Shown here in pieces: positions 38,750 through 52,094 of a stretch of DNA of 52,970 nt. The DNA lies in the NCBI GenBank assembly GCA_013239625.1, contig MU053645.1:682001-734970 (forward strand). The letters are read 5' to 3'. How positions within the stretch are numbered: the first letter of the stretch is position 1; each line of letters opens with the position of its first letter. Source of the DNA: Lama guanicoe. Its lineage: Eukaryota. The position numbers were made by a program, and so were the translations under genes. The notes under the pieces are model-generated. The model had not been told where the DNA came from and ran no database searches. It saw only the letters and a program-made list of their open reading frames with translations.

Positions 38750-39010
38750 ATAATCTTTCCCAACATCTCCTGAGTATTTATTAAGTGCCAGGCACTGTTC
38801 TAAATACTTGTACCTGGATTAACTCATTTTGCACTCACCCAAAATTTGTCAGGTAGATATTGTGATTATTCTCATTTTACAGATAAGAAAGCTGAGTCAC
38901 AGAAAGATTAAGCAATTTCCCTAAGGTTACACAGCAAGTAAGGAGTGGAGCCATGGTTTTAACCCAGGTCTATCTGACTCTACAACCTGTGTTCCTAATC
39001 ATTTTATCAT
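38750..39010 (-). mobile_element. MIR SINE
   Basis: aagtgccaggcactgttctaa...ctcattttacagataagaaagctgagtcacagaaagattaagcaatttccctaaggttacacagc. Confidence 0.9.
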
Positions 39011-39134
39011 TCTGAGTCTCCAACAATATTTTGAAAAGAAAGGAAAAGAAACCTAATAACTAAAATTTCCCAAATAAATATGGCTACAAGGTGAATTGGC
39101 TATTTGTCAGTTGGTTGGTTTTTAACTTAAATGA

Positions 39135-39540
39135 ATGGTACCAAAAACCTGGATGTCATCCTTACCTAGTTTTTCTCCCTGACCTGTCACAGCCAGTCTT
39201 TCACCAAGTCCTATTGATTCTACTTCCCAAACAGTTCTCAAATCCATTCATTCTATTCTTCCCCACAGTCATCACCTTAGTTCATGCATCATCATCGTCA
39301 TCATCATCATCTCTAGCCTCTTAACTGGTCTCTTCACTCTAGTCTTTCCCACCTCTAGTCCAGAGGGTAGCAAGAGTGATTTTTCAAAAATGCCCATCTG
39401 ATAATAACACATCCTGCATAAAACCCTTAAGTGGCTTCCCCGGTGCCTTAATAATAAAAATCTAAACTTTATAACCAGATACATACCATAAAAGATACCT
39501 CATGATTTGGTTTATATTTAATCTCCAGACTAATCTCTCG
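39135..39540 (+). mobile_element. L2 body fragment
   Basis: ccaaaaacctggatgtcatcctt...caccaagtcctattgattctac...agcctcttaactggtctc...aaaacccttaagtggcttccc. Confidence 0.8.
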
Positions 39541-40884
39541 TAAGGACACCCTTCCCCCAAGTGTGAATTGCAACAATAAAAAAAATTAATTACAATTCTT
39601 CAGAAATGCTTTGGTCCCTCTGAAATCATAGGACATACAGAGAAAACATTGTGGCTTGGACTGAAAGGATACAAGAAGCTGCTGAGGGCTTCAAGACAAA
39701 CTCAGAAGCTCAGAGTAGATAGAGGGGAAATTCTATGCAAATGAATGAACATAATCAGGGCCTTTTTTATATTTGCAAACTACATAAAAAAAACCAGTTT
39801 GAACTACTAGTGACTACACTTTATAGGGGGATTCAATACAGCAATTAAACCTTAATAAATAGTTAAGTCCTATAGAAAAGATTTTTTTCTTATTTTCATA
39901 GGCCCAGTAAGTGGCTATTTGTAAATATTCAAACTATAAACTGTGAGTTCTATTTCAAAGAGTGTTTTTCAACACACAGTCTATTTTTACTTTGAAAATT
40001 CACTATGAGATAGGAAAGATAAGATAAGAAAATCAACTGAGAAAGGGTAAATAACTAGCCTAAGGTCACCAAGCTAATTACTAGTGAAGGCCAGATTAGA
40101 GCCTCTAGTGATTCCTAATCCAACTATCTCAAGTTTGGCTTTATAGATAATGTATGTTTTACCTTAAAAAAAAATCCTAGAGACCTTAACCCTTGAGTCA
40201 TGGATTGAAATGACACATCTTAATCAACATCTTCCTCCTAATGTTTCTAGTGCATCTGGCTCCAGGAGACTCAAGAGTTACTAAACACTAGATGATGAAT
40301 TGTACCATTAGGCAGTGAATGCAGAATTGGGTTTAATCTGGCATTAAATGGCTTCTCCAGTTTATACCCATTGTCATTCCCATTAGCCTCCGCCTCCCAA
40401 CAACATGTCCAAACACTTCAATATGGATTAAGTTGAATATCCTTCTTATGAGGAAGTTTCCTCTTTGATTTTGTCTTCAAGTTATTTTATAGGAGAGAGC
40501 AGTGTTTGTATCATACAGTATCTAATTCTCTCCCCCCTTATGATGGGAAGTCTATACACTTAAATACTCAAATTTCCTGATTCTCTTTTTTCCTGCCTGA
40601 TTTCATCAATAACTGTTTCACAATGTCTTTAACCAAACTGTCTACATATCTTTGCTCCACTTTTCTGGTTAAAGCCAAATAACTAATGACTATACTGTCT
40701 TGGCCATCACTCACTTCATGTCTTTTTTTTTTCATTGATTAACAAGCTGATTTTTCTATGATGGCTCATCACCAGCTATATTTATTTTTTAATACCCTTG
40801 TTGTTGCACCAGGCTAATTTCCCCAGCATTAGTTCCATCTGTTTTTCACCAGCCTCATCAAATAGCATACAGCCAAAAATGGAT

Positions 40885-41112
40885 ATGCAACAGAAAACAA
40901 ATTAGTAGTTGCCAGGGGCTCAGAGAAGGTGGGGAGATGGGGAATGGCTGCTTAATGGGTATGGGATTTCCTTTTGCAGTAATGCAACAGTTTTGGAACA
41001 TGATAGAAGAAATGGTTGTACAAAATTGCGAATATACTTAACGGCCACTAAATTGCATGCTTAAAATGGCTACTTTTATGTCATGTGAATTTCACCACAA
41101 TTTTTTTAAAAG
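40885..41112 (+). mobile_element. L1MB-like 3' end
   Basis: attagtagttgccaggggct...ctgcttaatgggtatggg...gccactaaattgcatgcttaaaatggc...atgtgaatttcaccacaat. Confidence 0.8.
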
Positions 41113-41144
41113 GTGATAAAAATGATATAGCCACATGGCACTTA

Positions 41145-41415
41145 TATGATAATGGGGAAAAGGCAGACAATAAACAAAGTGAGAAGGTAACATTCTATAT
41201 TAGAAGGTGCTAAGTGCCAAAGAGAAAAACCTAACAAGGTTGTACTGAAGAAAGAGGATGTGGTTTTAAATAGAGTGGTCAAGGAAGTACTCATTGAAAA
41301 GATGACATTTACTGAAAGACTTGAGGGTGTTAAGGGAGCTATCCACTTGGGCATAAGGTAGACGAGTCGAGTACTCCACGCTGAGGCAACAGGATGTGCA
41401 AAGGTTCTAAGGTCC
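41145..41415 (-). mobile_element. L2 fragment
   Basis: ggcagacaataaacaa...ttttaaatagagtggtcaaggaag...gatgacatttactgaaagacttga...gtgcaaaggttctaagg. Confidence 0.75.
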
Positions 41416-41919
41416 CAAAGGCATCCAGAGGACTATGTATTGAAAATTGCTTTAAGGCCAACTGTAGGGACTAAGAAGACATCACCGTCTTCTGGAAGGG
41501 TGGAAGGGCTCAGCATCTGAAATCAAGTCATTTTCTGTTTGATGGTCCAGTCTGGGTTGCCTGTCAAAGCCGGACAGAATAAAAATAACACTCTGGAACC
41601 AGGAATTGGCATTTATTATTTAGACCTTATATTTCTACAAGTGAATGGAAGTCTACACACATTTGGTTTAAATTCCAATTGTCATTTTGGTCATTGGCCA
41701 TTTAAGATAAGTCAGTAGTCCCTCAATAGAAGAGCTCAATAACTCTAAGGTGTTACATTAAGATTCAAGGATGGCGGTGTGAGGACCTTCATTTTGATTG
41801 CCTGTTTCCTAAATTCTTTTTGTTCCAACAAAGAGGCTCATTTGACTTTTTTTAATGAATGTACAGACTTTCTGCTTCCCAGCTTTTTCCTGTTTTTTCC
41901 AGAGAGACTGATAATCCTC

Positions 41920-42215
41920 CCTACAGAAATAGATCAGGATGGTCACTGAAATGTTGCAATCATTAGATACTTCTCTGCCTCCCTCCAACCCTATCCGGAC
42001 TCCAGTTGCAATGGGCTATGTTAAAAGAGTTTCTTCTGTACCTGCTTTTGAATCATATAGTAGCATGGCTAGCATTTGCTTACTAAATTTGTCCTGGCTC
42101 CATTTTAGTTTACTCACCCTTAATTTCCTTTCCCCACATTTCCACATATTTTATGTATTTTTATAAGCTGGCTCCAGTCTTTTGGGTAATGAGGTAAGAT
42201 AAAAGAAAGAACAGA
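41920..42215 (+). mobile_element. Very old LINE 3' end, L4/RTE-X-like
   Basis: Ends ttttatgtatttttataagctggctccagtctttgggtaatgaggtaagataaaa. Confidence 0.35.
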
Positions 42216-45039
42216 AGGAAGAAAATGGTAAATGACCTAATAAGTCAAAAGAAAACACCAGATTGACAAAAATTCAAATGCATTTGCAGTGTGACCTAAA
42301 ACAGTCTAGCTGGTCTCTGTTCTCAGCAACATATTCATAAGAATACATACAAAGAAGAGATTCCTTTTCAAAGCCCAGAATGTGTCAAACTAATTGTTAT
42401 CCTTTGAAATATTCAGATCCACTAGATAATAAGTTCACTCCCAAATTTCACCAATATTAATATTTTTTTCAAGTAAAATAAGAGCAAATTATGTAGATCC
42501 TGGTCCCAGAAGAAAGCAGTGAAGGAGGTGCTAGCATCAGAGGTGACACTCCACTTGCCACAGTTAAATGCATTTGTTGTGGCATTTACTTTATCCTCCA
42601 TCTAAGAAGATCTAATTGGGATTCTGAAGGCTTCCACAGAGATGTAATTCATAAAAGATTATGATTCAGTGTATTTAGAGAGCTAGTTAACAGGCCATTT
42701 TTAGCTAAAGGAAGGTACAATGCCCCACATAGGTTTTTACTTGAATTTACTTGGGCCCAAATCCCCATCTGTAAATGAATCACTGTATAATCCTTGTTGA
42801 TGCCGTAAGAGTAAAGGTGCACTTTCCATGGGTTTTCTAAAGCAATCCTTTCTTTGGTGAAAAGCAAAGCATTGAAAATGAAAATGTTTGAGTTCTGGTT
42901 TTCCACCCCCTTCCACTCCCCTACTCCCTCACACCATGAATGTATTTATCTAAAATTTGTTGAGCAATAAAGCATTTATGTTGTTAAACTGCAAACTGAA
43001 TCAGCTGCCTTCATGATACCTGAACAAAATCTGCAAAAATCATTGTAAAAGGAAGGCTATTGAGGCTTTTGGGGGGGTCATTCCTGAAAGTCATTAAATG
43101 CCAATTTTTTCAAAAGAATATCTGAGTACAATGTAATGCTGCTCACTGGTAAGTAGCTCTAGTTGTCCCTTGCATGACATGGGAGAATAAACACATTGTG
43201 AAAACAAGTGTTTTTTGACCTAACTGTAAATGTCTCTACTAAGATTAATCAATAGACTTTATAATTCAAATTTTTCTCTGTGTTCTACCAGGAGAAGACA
43301 TGTGGCTGAAAGATGAAAAGCACCAATTCCTGATGTTTCTGTTGCAATTATTCTCAGCCTTGATATCAGTTCCAATCTCCTGGGTTACAAGTTTATTGAT
43401 AGGGAATGCCTACTGTACCCTGATTAATTTTTTTTGTCTGTTAAAATCCTATATCATTAGTTACTCTAACTTTTACAAGTTCCAAGCAAGATCTCTGAAA
43501 CTTTCTTCCAGGAAAGGTTTGACTTAAAGCAGTTTGCCATAGATGAGCCTGGGAGACAGCAAACAGACAAAGGGCATTCTTTTTCCCAGAATTGGTTGGG
43601 TACTGGGTCAGAATGGGGAACTGAATAACTTTATGCTAAACTTTTAGAATGCCTGCAGCATGTTTCTGACGATATGAAAGTATTTGCATGAACACATATT
43701 CCAAAGTCAAATAATTTAGTGGACATGGTGGTCTCTCACAATGTTAAATTTCCATTACTTTATACCTCTTGTTCATTTAATTGGGAATTAAGTGTGGTTT
43801 GAATTTAGGAAAAATATCTTGGGCATATGGGAAAAGAACAAAGGTCCACAGTTGCCTTTTATCTTAACTATTTACCATGTATATATAAAATTCTGAGAGT
43901 ATCTATACAATTCTTGATGTCTTGAATGCGCTTTTTAAATTCAAATATTTCATATTAGTTTTTAAGTCTTCCTCAGGTGTAATGCTATACTACTTCAGGA
44001 AATGTCATGTCAACTACTTCTGTATCCAAACAGATTTCCCAACAAAGAACAAAGAGTAGCTTGTCTCAAGGAGCAATGGTAGGACATACGTTATCTGATT
44101 GTATCACTTAGGGTTGGAAATTAAAGGCCTTTTTCCATAATGGAACTATTTTGAGCCATTGACATTACTGCTGTAACAGCACATAACTCATAGTCATCCT
44201 TAACTGACTTCTTCAAGTCTCTAGATACTGAATTAGATGATGTACACTTCCAATAAAAGAGAACTGATGCATCTCATTGCTTCTAGTGAATTATGCATCT
44301 CATTTTATTTTTTCATAGAGGGAGTATCATATTCCTGCCCATTCTTTGCAACTAGGGTCAAATTGTCTTGTCCTAAACTAAAACAATGCTTTTGATTCAC
44401 ACTCCGCCCAGATATTAAAGGCTCAGATGTCATTTTGCAAAAAGGGTGTTTAAATAATGTATAAAGATGGTCACTTATCCCCAACCAACACAACCAGTAG
44501 AAGAGAGAATTAAATTGGTAACTCCCTTGCCCAATTTCCTTGTGAATAATGGGACACAGATGAATTTGCACACACATAGTGTCTCTTTGCAAATGTGCAT
44601 ATACACATATACACACATTGATAGTAACTAGTGAATTATGTTGAATTATCAGAGAATATATATCACCTAAGCAAAGTTTCCAGATAAAACCTCAGAATTC
44701 AAAGCTTTCTAAAATATTACTTACCTGCCTTCAGAAATTATATTTGCTGATTAACAATAATATTTAACGTTTTTTTTAAGCACACTATCATTTAGAACAG
44801 CAGTTGCTATGCTATGTTGCAGCGATCTTCTTAGTGTTTTACTCTACACTACATAGTCTCACTAGGCTATCAATTTTTAGTCTCTGTTTCTCTTTTTCAC
44901 AAATTTTCTATCTCCCCTCTAGCTCTCAGTTTATTAACTGTCACTGTTGGATGTTCCTGTATACTTACTTGGAGAAGCCTCTCAGCTCTTATCTTTTAAA
45001 ATTTAAAATGACATTTTATTGTGGTTATAATGTATATAA

Positions 45040-48000
45040 AATAGAATGTAAATACTAACATAAATGATATATAAATATATATATGAAATATATATAACCA
45101 TCCACAAAGGATGAAGGTAGATAAATAAAAAATACTTTTGTAAAGTTCCCATATTTTATAAGAAGTAGAAAGTCAATTCTAAGTAAACTGTGATAAAATA
45201 AAGACATGTTGTAATCCATAAAGAAATGCCTAAAATGAATGAAGAGAAATATAGTTAAATGGCCACAAAGAAATTAAAATGTAATACTAAAAAATATTTG
45301 ATTACTTCACCACCACCAAAAAAGGCATGAACAGAGAAATAGAACAAAAAGCCATATTGGACAAACAGAAAATAGCAAATTGAAAACATTGATTTAAGTG
45401 TATCAATCAGTGCATTAAATGAAAAGAGTTATATATAAAAATATAGAGGAGTAAATAAATACATGCTATAAAACACGTTCCAATAAATTTAAAAATTTGA
45501 AATAACACAAAGCTATTCTCTGAACATAGTGGAATTCAATTAGAAATGAATAACAAGATAAGATGATATCTAAAAAGTCCTAACATTTGAAAATTAAACA
45601 ACACATTTCTAAATACACTGTTAGCCATGAAGAAATCATCACTACTGTAAGTGGAAAATATTTTGAACTGAATAATGATGAAAATACAGCACATAAAAAT
45701 TTGTGTGATTCAACTAAAGCAGTTATTAGAGAAAATTTTATAATTCAAGTGTTTATGCTAAAAAGGTTTAATTCAATGATATAAATTTCTACCTTAAGAA
45801 ACTAGGAAAAGACAAGAAAATTAAACCTAAGGTAAGTAGAAGGAAGGAATAAAGACAAAATCAGAAATAAATTGAAGGTAGAAACACACTAGAGAAAATC
45901 AATAAAGCTCAAAAGTTGACTGTCTGAAAAGATAATAAAAATTGATGAACTTCTAGCAAGACTTATGGCAACAAAGAAAAATAAAAAACACAATTTACCA
46001 ATGCCAGAAAGAAAGGAGTAGCATTATAAATCTCACAGATACAAAGATCATAAGACAAAATTTAAGAACAACTTCATGTCAATTCAAAAACTTAGATAAA
46101 ATAGACAAATTCCTTTAAATACAGTAACCAAAACTGAAACAAAAAGATGAAATAGAAAATCTAAGTAGTCTGATACCTATAAAATAAATTAACTTTATCT
46201 CCAAAAACCTTCCCATATGGACTATATCTAGGCCCAGATGGTTTCACTGTGAAGTCCATCAAACATTTTAGAAATAATACTAACTTTATGTTAACAATTT
46301 CAGAAAAAGAGTTGGATGGACCACTTTTCAACTTACTTTGTAAGACCAGCATAATCATGATACTCAAACTAGACAAAGATATTAGGAAAAAAAGTACAGA
46401 ACAATGTGCCTCATGAACACAGATGCAAAAGCCCTTATCAAAATATTCACAAATAGAATCCAGAAATGTACAAAAATGTATATACTTGACAAATAGAAAA
46501 TGTTTGCAAACTATATATGTGACATAGGACTTTTCTCAGGATATATATTTTTAAAAAGACCTTTTTTTACAGCACAATAATAGGGAAAATCCTAATTTTA
46601 AAAAATGCGCAAAAAATTATAAAGACATTCACAAGAGAAAATTTATGATTAGTCTTCAGAGAAATATAAATTAAAACCACAATAAGATACCGCCACTCAT
46701 CCACTAGAATGAAAAAGAATGAGGGAACCCTCCTACACTGCTGGTGGGAATGCAGTTTGGTGCAGCCCCTGTAGAAAACAGTATGGAGATTCCTCAAAAG
46801 ACTAGGAATAGACTTACCATATGACCCAGGAATCCCGCTCCTGGGCTTATATCCAGATGGAACCCTACTTCAGGATGACACCTGCACCCCAATGTTCATA
46901 GCAGCACTATTTACAATAGCCAAGACATGAAAACAGCCTAAATGTCCATTGACAGATGACTGAATAAAGAAGAAGTGGTATATTTATACAATGGAATACT
47001 ATTCAGCCATAAAAACCGACAACATAACACCATTTGCAGCAACATGGATGCTCCTGGAGAATGTCATTCTAAGTGAAGTAAGCCAGAAAGAGAAAGAAAA
47101 ATACCATATGAGATCGCTCATATGCAGAATCTAAAAAACAAAAACAAACACAAACAAACAAAGCGTAAATACAAGACAGAAATAGACTCATAGACAGAGA
47201 ATACAGACTTGTGGTTGCCATGGGGGTGGAGGGTGGGAAGGGATAGACTGGGATTTCAAAATTATAGAACAGATAAACAAGATTATACTGTATAGCACAG
47301 GGAAATATACACAAAATGTTATGATAACTCACAGAGAAAAAAATGTGACAATGAGTGTGTATATGTCCATGAATGACTGAAAAATTGTGCTGAACACTGG
47401 AATTTGACACAACATTGTAAAATGATTATAAATCAATAAAAAATGTTAAAAAAAAAAAGAGTGAAAGCATGAGAAAGAGAATGCCAAATGAAGGAAAGAT
47501 ATAGACTTGGACTCCCACACATTGCTAATGGGATATAAAAATGATACAATCACTTTGGCAAAATATTTGACATTTTTTAAAGTTAAATATGCATCTACTC
47601 TTTGAACCAGCAATTCCATTACTAGGTATTTACCCAAGAAGAATGAAAATATGTCTATAATGATTTGTACAAGAATGTTCATAGCAGCTTTATTCATAAT
47701 TGCCCCAAAATAGAAACAACCTGAATATCCATCAACAGGAGAATGGATACTCAGTAGTAAAGGAGAATGAACTGCTGATACATGCAATAATATGTAGATA
47801 AAAAATAATTACATCATGTATGCTTTCATTTATAAGAGGTTCTAGAAAAGAGGAAAATAATATGTGATTAAAAACTCAGAACATCAGGTACCTCTAGAAA
47901 GGAGAGAAGGACTGACTTGGAAGGGACACAAAAGAACTTTCTGGAGTGATTGAAATGTTTTAAATCTCAATAGGAGCATGTATCACATGGCTGTATCCAT

Positions 48001-49104
48001 TTGTCAAAATACATTGAATTGTACATTTCTTATTAAAGCATCTCAATGTATGTAAATATTACATCAATAAAAATGAAAAGGATTATAAACAATACTGAAC
48101 CTTTTTTGAGCTACCTGAGTGTAGTAAAATGGGTTAGCAATTCTAAATTCTGTATCTTATAAATTCTGTATATCCTAGGCTTGAGCAAATCAGTAAATTT
48201 ATCAAAGACAATGAATGCCATGTTACTATTAGACAGAGTTATAAATATGGAAAAGGGGAAAACTAGAATGTTCTCTGTAGTGTTGGAATGGAATTGAAGG
48301 TATCAGTATGAACTCAGTTTTTAACAGATAGAGATATGTCTTATCTTAGCCTTCCCTGTGATGGACTAGAAACATCAATGCAGCAGCTTGTTGGAATGAG
48401 CACATCCAGTGCCTAGATCTCATTTTTAAAATACTCCTCCTCACCGAAAGGAACCAGAAAACCACGAAGAAATGGCTGATTTGAAGTCTGGAGCAGGGAA
48501 AGAATAATATGAGCCTGGAACAGCTTGTTGCAGGTTAAAGTAAGAAAGTGCTCAACACGTGGAGAGAGATAAGAGGTGCTAAAAGGGCACTGGAGCCAGC
48601 TTTAAGGCCAATACTGGGACAATTTGCACATTAAAAAAAAAAGGATTGTAACCCATTGAATAAAGAAGAATCTATGAGCTCACATTGATTAAATAATGAC
48701 ATAAGTAGTGAAGAAACAAAACCTCTTTACAGTGAAATGCCAACAAATATAAAAGAAACGCTGGAGTTAGAAAATGAGTAGATGTTACAACTAGTAGAGA
48801 AATCTTTGATAAGGCAAAGAATATACACATGGCCTCAAAAATGTCTCCCCACAAATTGCTAATGACTTACAAAGGGGAAAAAAAACTAAGTCTATAGTGG
48901 AGAAACCTGTAGGATACTACTTTAACCAAGTCATCAAACTTAACCTCACCAGTATGATGAGAAATCCACATCATATGCCACTTAATAACATGCAGTGAAA
49001 AAGACATGACCTCTGTTTAGTGGTATTCCTACCCAAAAAAATGTTAACCTGAAGCTAAGTAGGAAGAAACATCAGGCAGTCTCAAATAAAATAACTGGTA
49101 TATA
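45040..49104 (+). mobile_element. Old L1MC/L1MD-like element (spacer, internally deleted ORF2, long 3'UTR) hosting two young L1s
   Basis: ORF2 relics ttctctgaacatagtggaatt, ctaggcccagatggtttcactg, catgaacacagatgcaaaa. 3'UTR motifs agaaatggctgatt...atgagcctggaaca and gtggagaaacctg...tttaaccaagtcatcaaacttaac. Confidence 0.85.
46723..47458 (+). mobile_element. Young 5'-truncated LINE-1 3' end with A-tail
   Basis: Closely similar to 5568-6302. aataaaaaatgtt followed by poly(A). TSD aaaaagaatga (46712-46722) / aaaaagagtga (47454-47464). Confidence 0.96.
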
Positions 49105-50797
49105 GCTCGAGGCCAAGATGGTGGAGTAAAAGGATGCTTGTAGCTCACTCTCTCCCACAAATACACCAAGACACATCCACAGACCCACTCAGCCAACCAG
49201 AGCATCTGCAGAACTCCGACAGAACACTGTCCTTGTCAAAAGACAATGAGCCAAAAATCTGGTAGGAGAAAAGGAAAAAAGAAAGAAGAAAAGGCAAAAC
49301 AGTGCAGGATGGGTCCCACGGGGAAGGAGTGGCAAAGGAGGACTGGCGCTCGCTCGCTGGGTCTCCCCTCTCCAATGGAGACGCCAGCGGGATGGAGGGG
49401 GAGCCTCCGAGGCTCGGATCTGTACAGAGCAGCCCTTGCCCGACAGAACTAAGTTAAACGGGCACAGAGGGTCCCCCCGACACCCAGCCTGAGACGCGGG
49501 CTGGCAGCTTGGGGCAGGGCCAGGCCGCCAGAGCCGGACGGAGGACGGGGGCGGCTGCACTGAGGCAGCCCCGGGGGACTGCAGGGAGCTGTGTGCTGTC
49601 GCTGTGGGTGCACAGGGCAGAACAACCTGGGCCCTCCATTAAACAACATGGCTGATGTGCCCTGGGGGGAAGGGTGCATCCCCATCTCTGAAAACCAGCG
49701 GAAAATTTTCGGGTGAAGAGAGGTGGGGCTCAGGCACAACCGCCATATCCTCTGGCGCTGAGCACCCAGGCCAGGATGGGGGCAAAACCTGCACCCTCAC
49801 CTAAGGACTAAGCAGCCTCAAAGGCCAGAGGGAGACTTGTCTACAGTCCGAGGCAGATAGGATCCTTCTGTCCTGGTCCCTCAGAGAACTTGCTCCGCTA
49901 AGACAAACAAGGAGCTGGGTTTTGGCCCGGAGCAGGGATGGGGCTGTTTCTCGGTCTTCCCCAGGCCCGCCTGCGGAGCGAGCAGCGCCGGGAGAGGGCG
50001 GGCGGCCCCCCGCCTTCCTGGCAGGAACACAGCCACTGACCGCGGTGCTGGGAGCAGGCGCGACCCGCCCTCCTACCTGGCCAGTCTGCAACATCTGACT
50101 GCAGCATAGGGAGGGCAGTGACCCGCCCACCCACAGCGGAGGAGAGCTGCACCTGACCCCGTGTTGGGAGGAGGCACGATCTGCTTGCCGACAGGCACTG
50201 GGAGCAGCACAGACAAATTTGTGCCAACAGAGGGCCTCTGGAAAGAGCAAGCTGAGCTTCCAAAACAAGGCAAAGACAGAAAGACTTCGCATTAAGAGCA
50301 CACAATCTCCAGGAGAACACCCCTCCTTTTTTTTTAAATCTGTTTTTACCTGTTCTATTTTCTATTACTCTTCTAATTTTTTACTTCTTAAACAATTATA
50401 TATATTCCCAGTTTTAATCCTTTTTAAATTTTTTAAAAAATATTTTATTATTATTATTTTTAAAAATCTACATCATTTCATTTTTACTTCTCTTGGTTTT
50501 GATGTCCTGTTATTGATTATACACAGATTTCAAATACATTTTTCCCTCTTTTCTTTTTTAAAGGTTTTCAAAAGACGTCTCAACCCGATTGCTATTCTGC
50601 TTCAACTTGCTCTTCTATTATTCATTATACACTGTTTTCACACCTTCTTTTCTCCTTTCTTTTAAAATTCTCTTTCTCTCTCTCTCTTTTTTTAAGTGTT
50701 ATTCCTACATAGGCATTAATTAGATAGATAAATAAATGAACTCCATAAGGACCACAATAGATAACTGATACTCCATAAACCACAGTGCCAGAGAGGT
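49105..50797 (+). promoter_or_regulatory. L1 5'UTR internal promoter (about 1.7 kb)
   Basis: YY1-like caagatggtgg at 49114-49124 near the 5' end. CpG-rich about 49340-50180, the only CpG-island-like tract in the window. T-rich tract about 50325-50700. Confidence 0.8.
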
Positions 50798-51698
50798 ATG
50801 AGCAAGATGAAGCAGAGGAACCACTCCCAATTAAAAGAACAAGAGAAATCCCCTGAAAGAACGATCAAGGAAATAGACATCGATAGCCAACTAGATCAAG
50901 ATTTCAAAAAAGGAGTGATCAAAGTATTGAAGGAACTAAAACAGACAGTGTTTAGAGATATAAAATATGTCAAAAAATGAAATTGAAGCTATAAAGAAGA
51001 GCCAAGTAGAATTGGTAAACTCACTGGCTGAGATGAGAAATGATCTAAAGGCTGTGCAAAGCAGACTAGATAATGTAGAGGAACGAATTAGTGACCTAGA
51101 AGACAGGACAACAAAAAGCACCCAATCAGAACACCTACAAGATAAACAAACAAAAACAAATGAAAATAGCATAAGGGACCTATGGGATAATATAAAGCGT
51201 GCCAATCTACGCATAATAGGGGTCCCAGAAGGGGAAGAAAGATCAAAGGGGATTGAAAAGGTATTGGAAAAAATCATGACTGAAAACTTCCCAAACTTAA
51301 AGAAGGAATCAGATATTCAAGTACAGGAAGCTCAGAGGGTCCCAAACAGGAAGAACCCAAATAGACTCACACAAAGACATATCATAATCAAGATGGTCAG
51401 AGTCAAGGATAAATAAATGATTCTAAAGGCAGGAAGAGAAAAGCAAAGAGTGAGTTACAAGGGAACCCCCATAAGGCTCTCAGCTGATTTCTCTACACAA
51501 ACACTACAGGCCAGAAGGGAGTGGCAAGATATATTCAAAGTCCTGAATGAAAAAAAGATGCAGCCTAGGATACTTTATCCAGCAAGGCTATCCTTTAGGA
51601 TAGAAGGAGAGATAAAGAATTTCACAGACAAGAAAAAACTACAAGAGTTTAGCAACACTAAACCCATGCTAAAAGAAATATTGACAGGTCTACTCTAA
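50798..51698 (+). pseudogene. L1 ORF1p, disrupted
   Basis: Coiled coil (SRLDNVEERISDLED), RRM (NLRIIGVPE, IQVQEAQRVP) and CTD (ARREW..YPARLSF..F). Frameshift in the A run near 50973-50978 and premature TAA at 51414-51416. Confidence 0.96.
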
Positions 51699-52094
51699 AT
51701 AGAAAAGCAGCAGGATGCTACAGAAATGAGAAACTCAAAACTGGAACGGTGATAACTCATGAATTACAAATAAACACAGAATTGTAAAAGAAAACATCTA
51801 AATCATTGGGAGAGGGAGGCAGGAAAATATAGAATTTCTTTTTTCTTCCTTTTTTAAATTTTTTGTTCTCAGTAGGATGGGTTTGAGATCATCTTACTAT
51901 CAATTTAATAAAAACAGTTATAGTAATGGGCTAATAGACTTACAAAAAAGGGTAACCATAAGCCAAAAACTTACAAGGGAGTCACAAAAACTAAATAAAA
52001 TCCACAATAATACAAAGGAAAATTACCAAACCACAAAAGGAAGAAGAAAGGAACAAAGAGGAAATACCAAATCAACTTCAAAGATAAGTTCAAA

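Noticed and set aside
44283..44640. Perfect 13-bp direct repeat ctagtgaattatg (44283, 44628) as the TSD of an unknown insert
   Set aside because: No clear poly(A) tail or element ends. A 13-mer match within 500 bp is expected about 0.4 times per 53 kb by chance, and more often in AT-rich DNA.
1..49000. The many 60-125 aa ORFs as genes
   Set aside because: Apart from L1 fragments none resembles a protein family I know. Many use non-ATG starts, overlap decayed repeats or run through microsatellites (THTHTH, CVCVCV).
49340..50180. CpG island as a host gene promoter
   Set aside because: It lies wholly within the L1 5'UTR, between the YY1-like 5' motif and ORF1.
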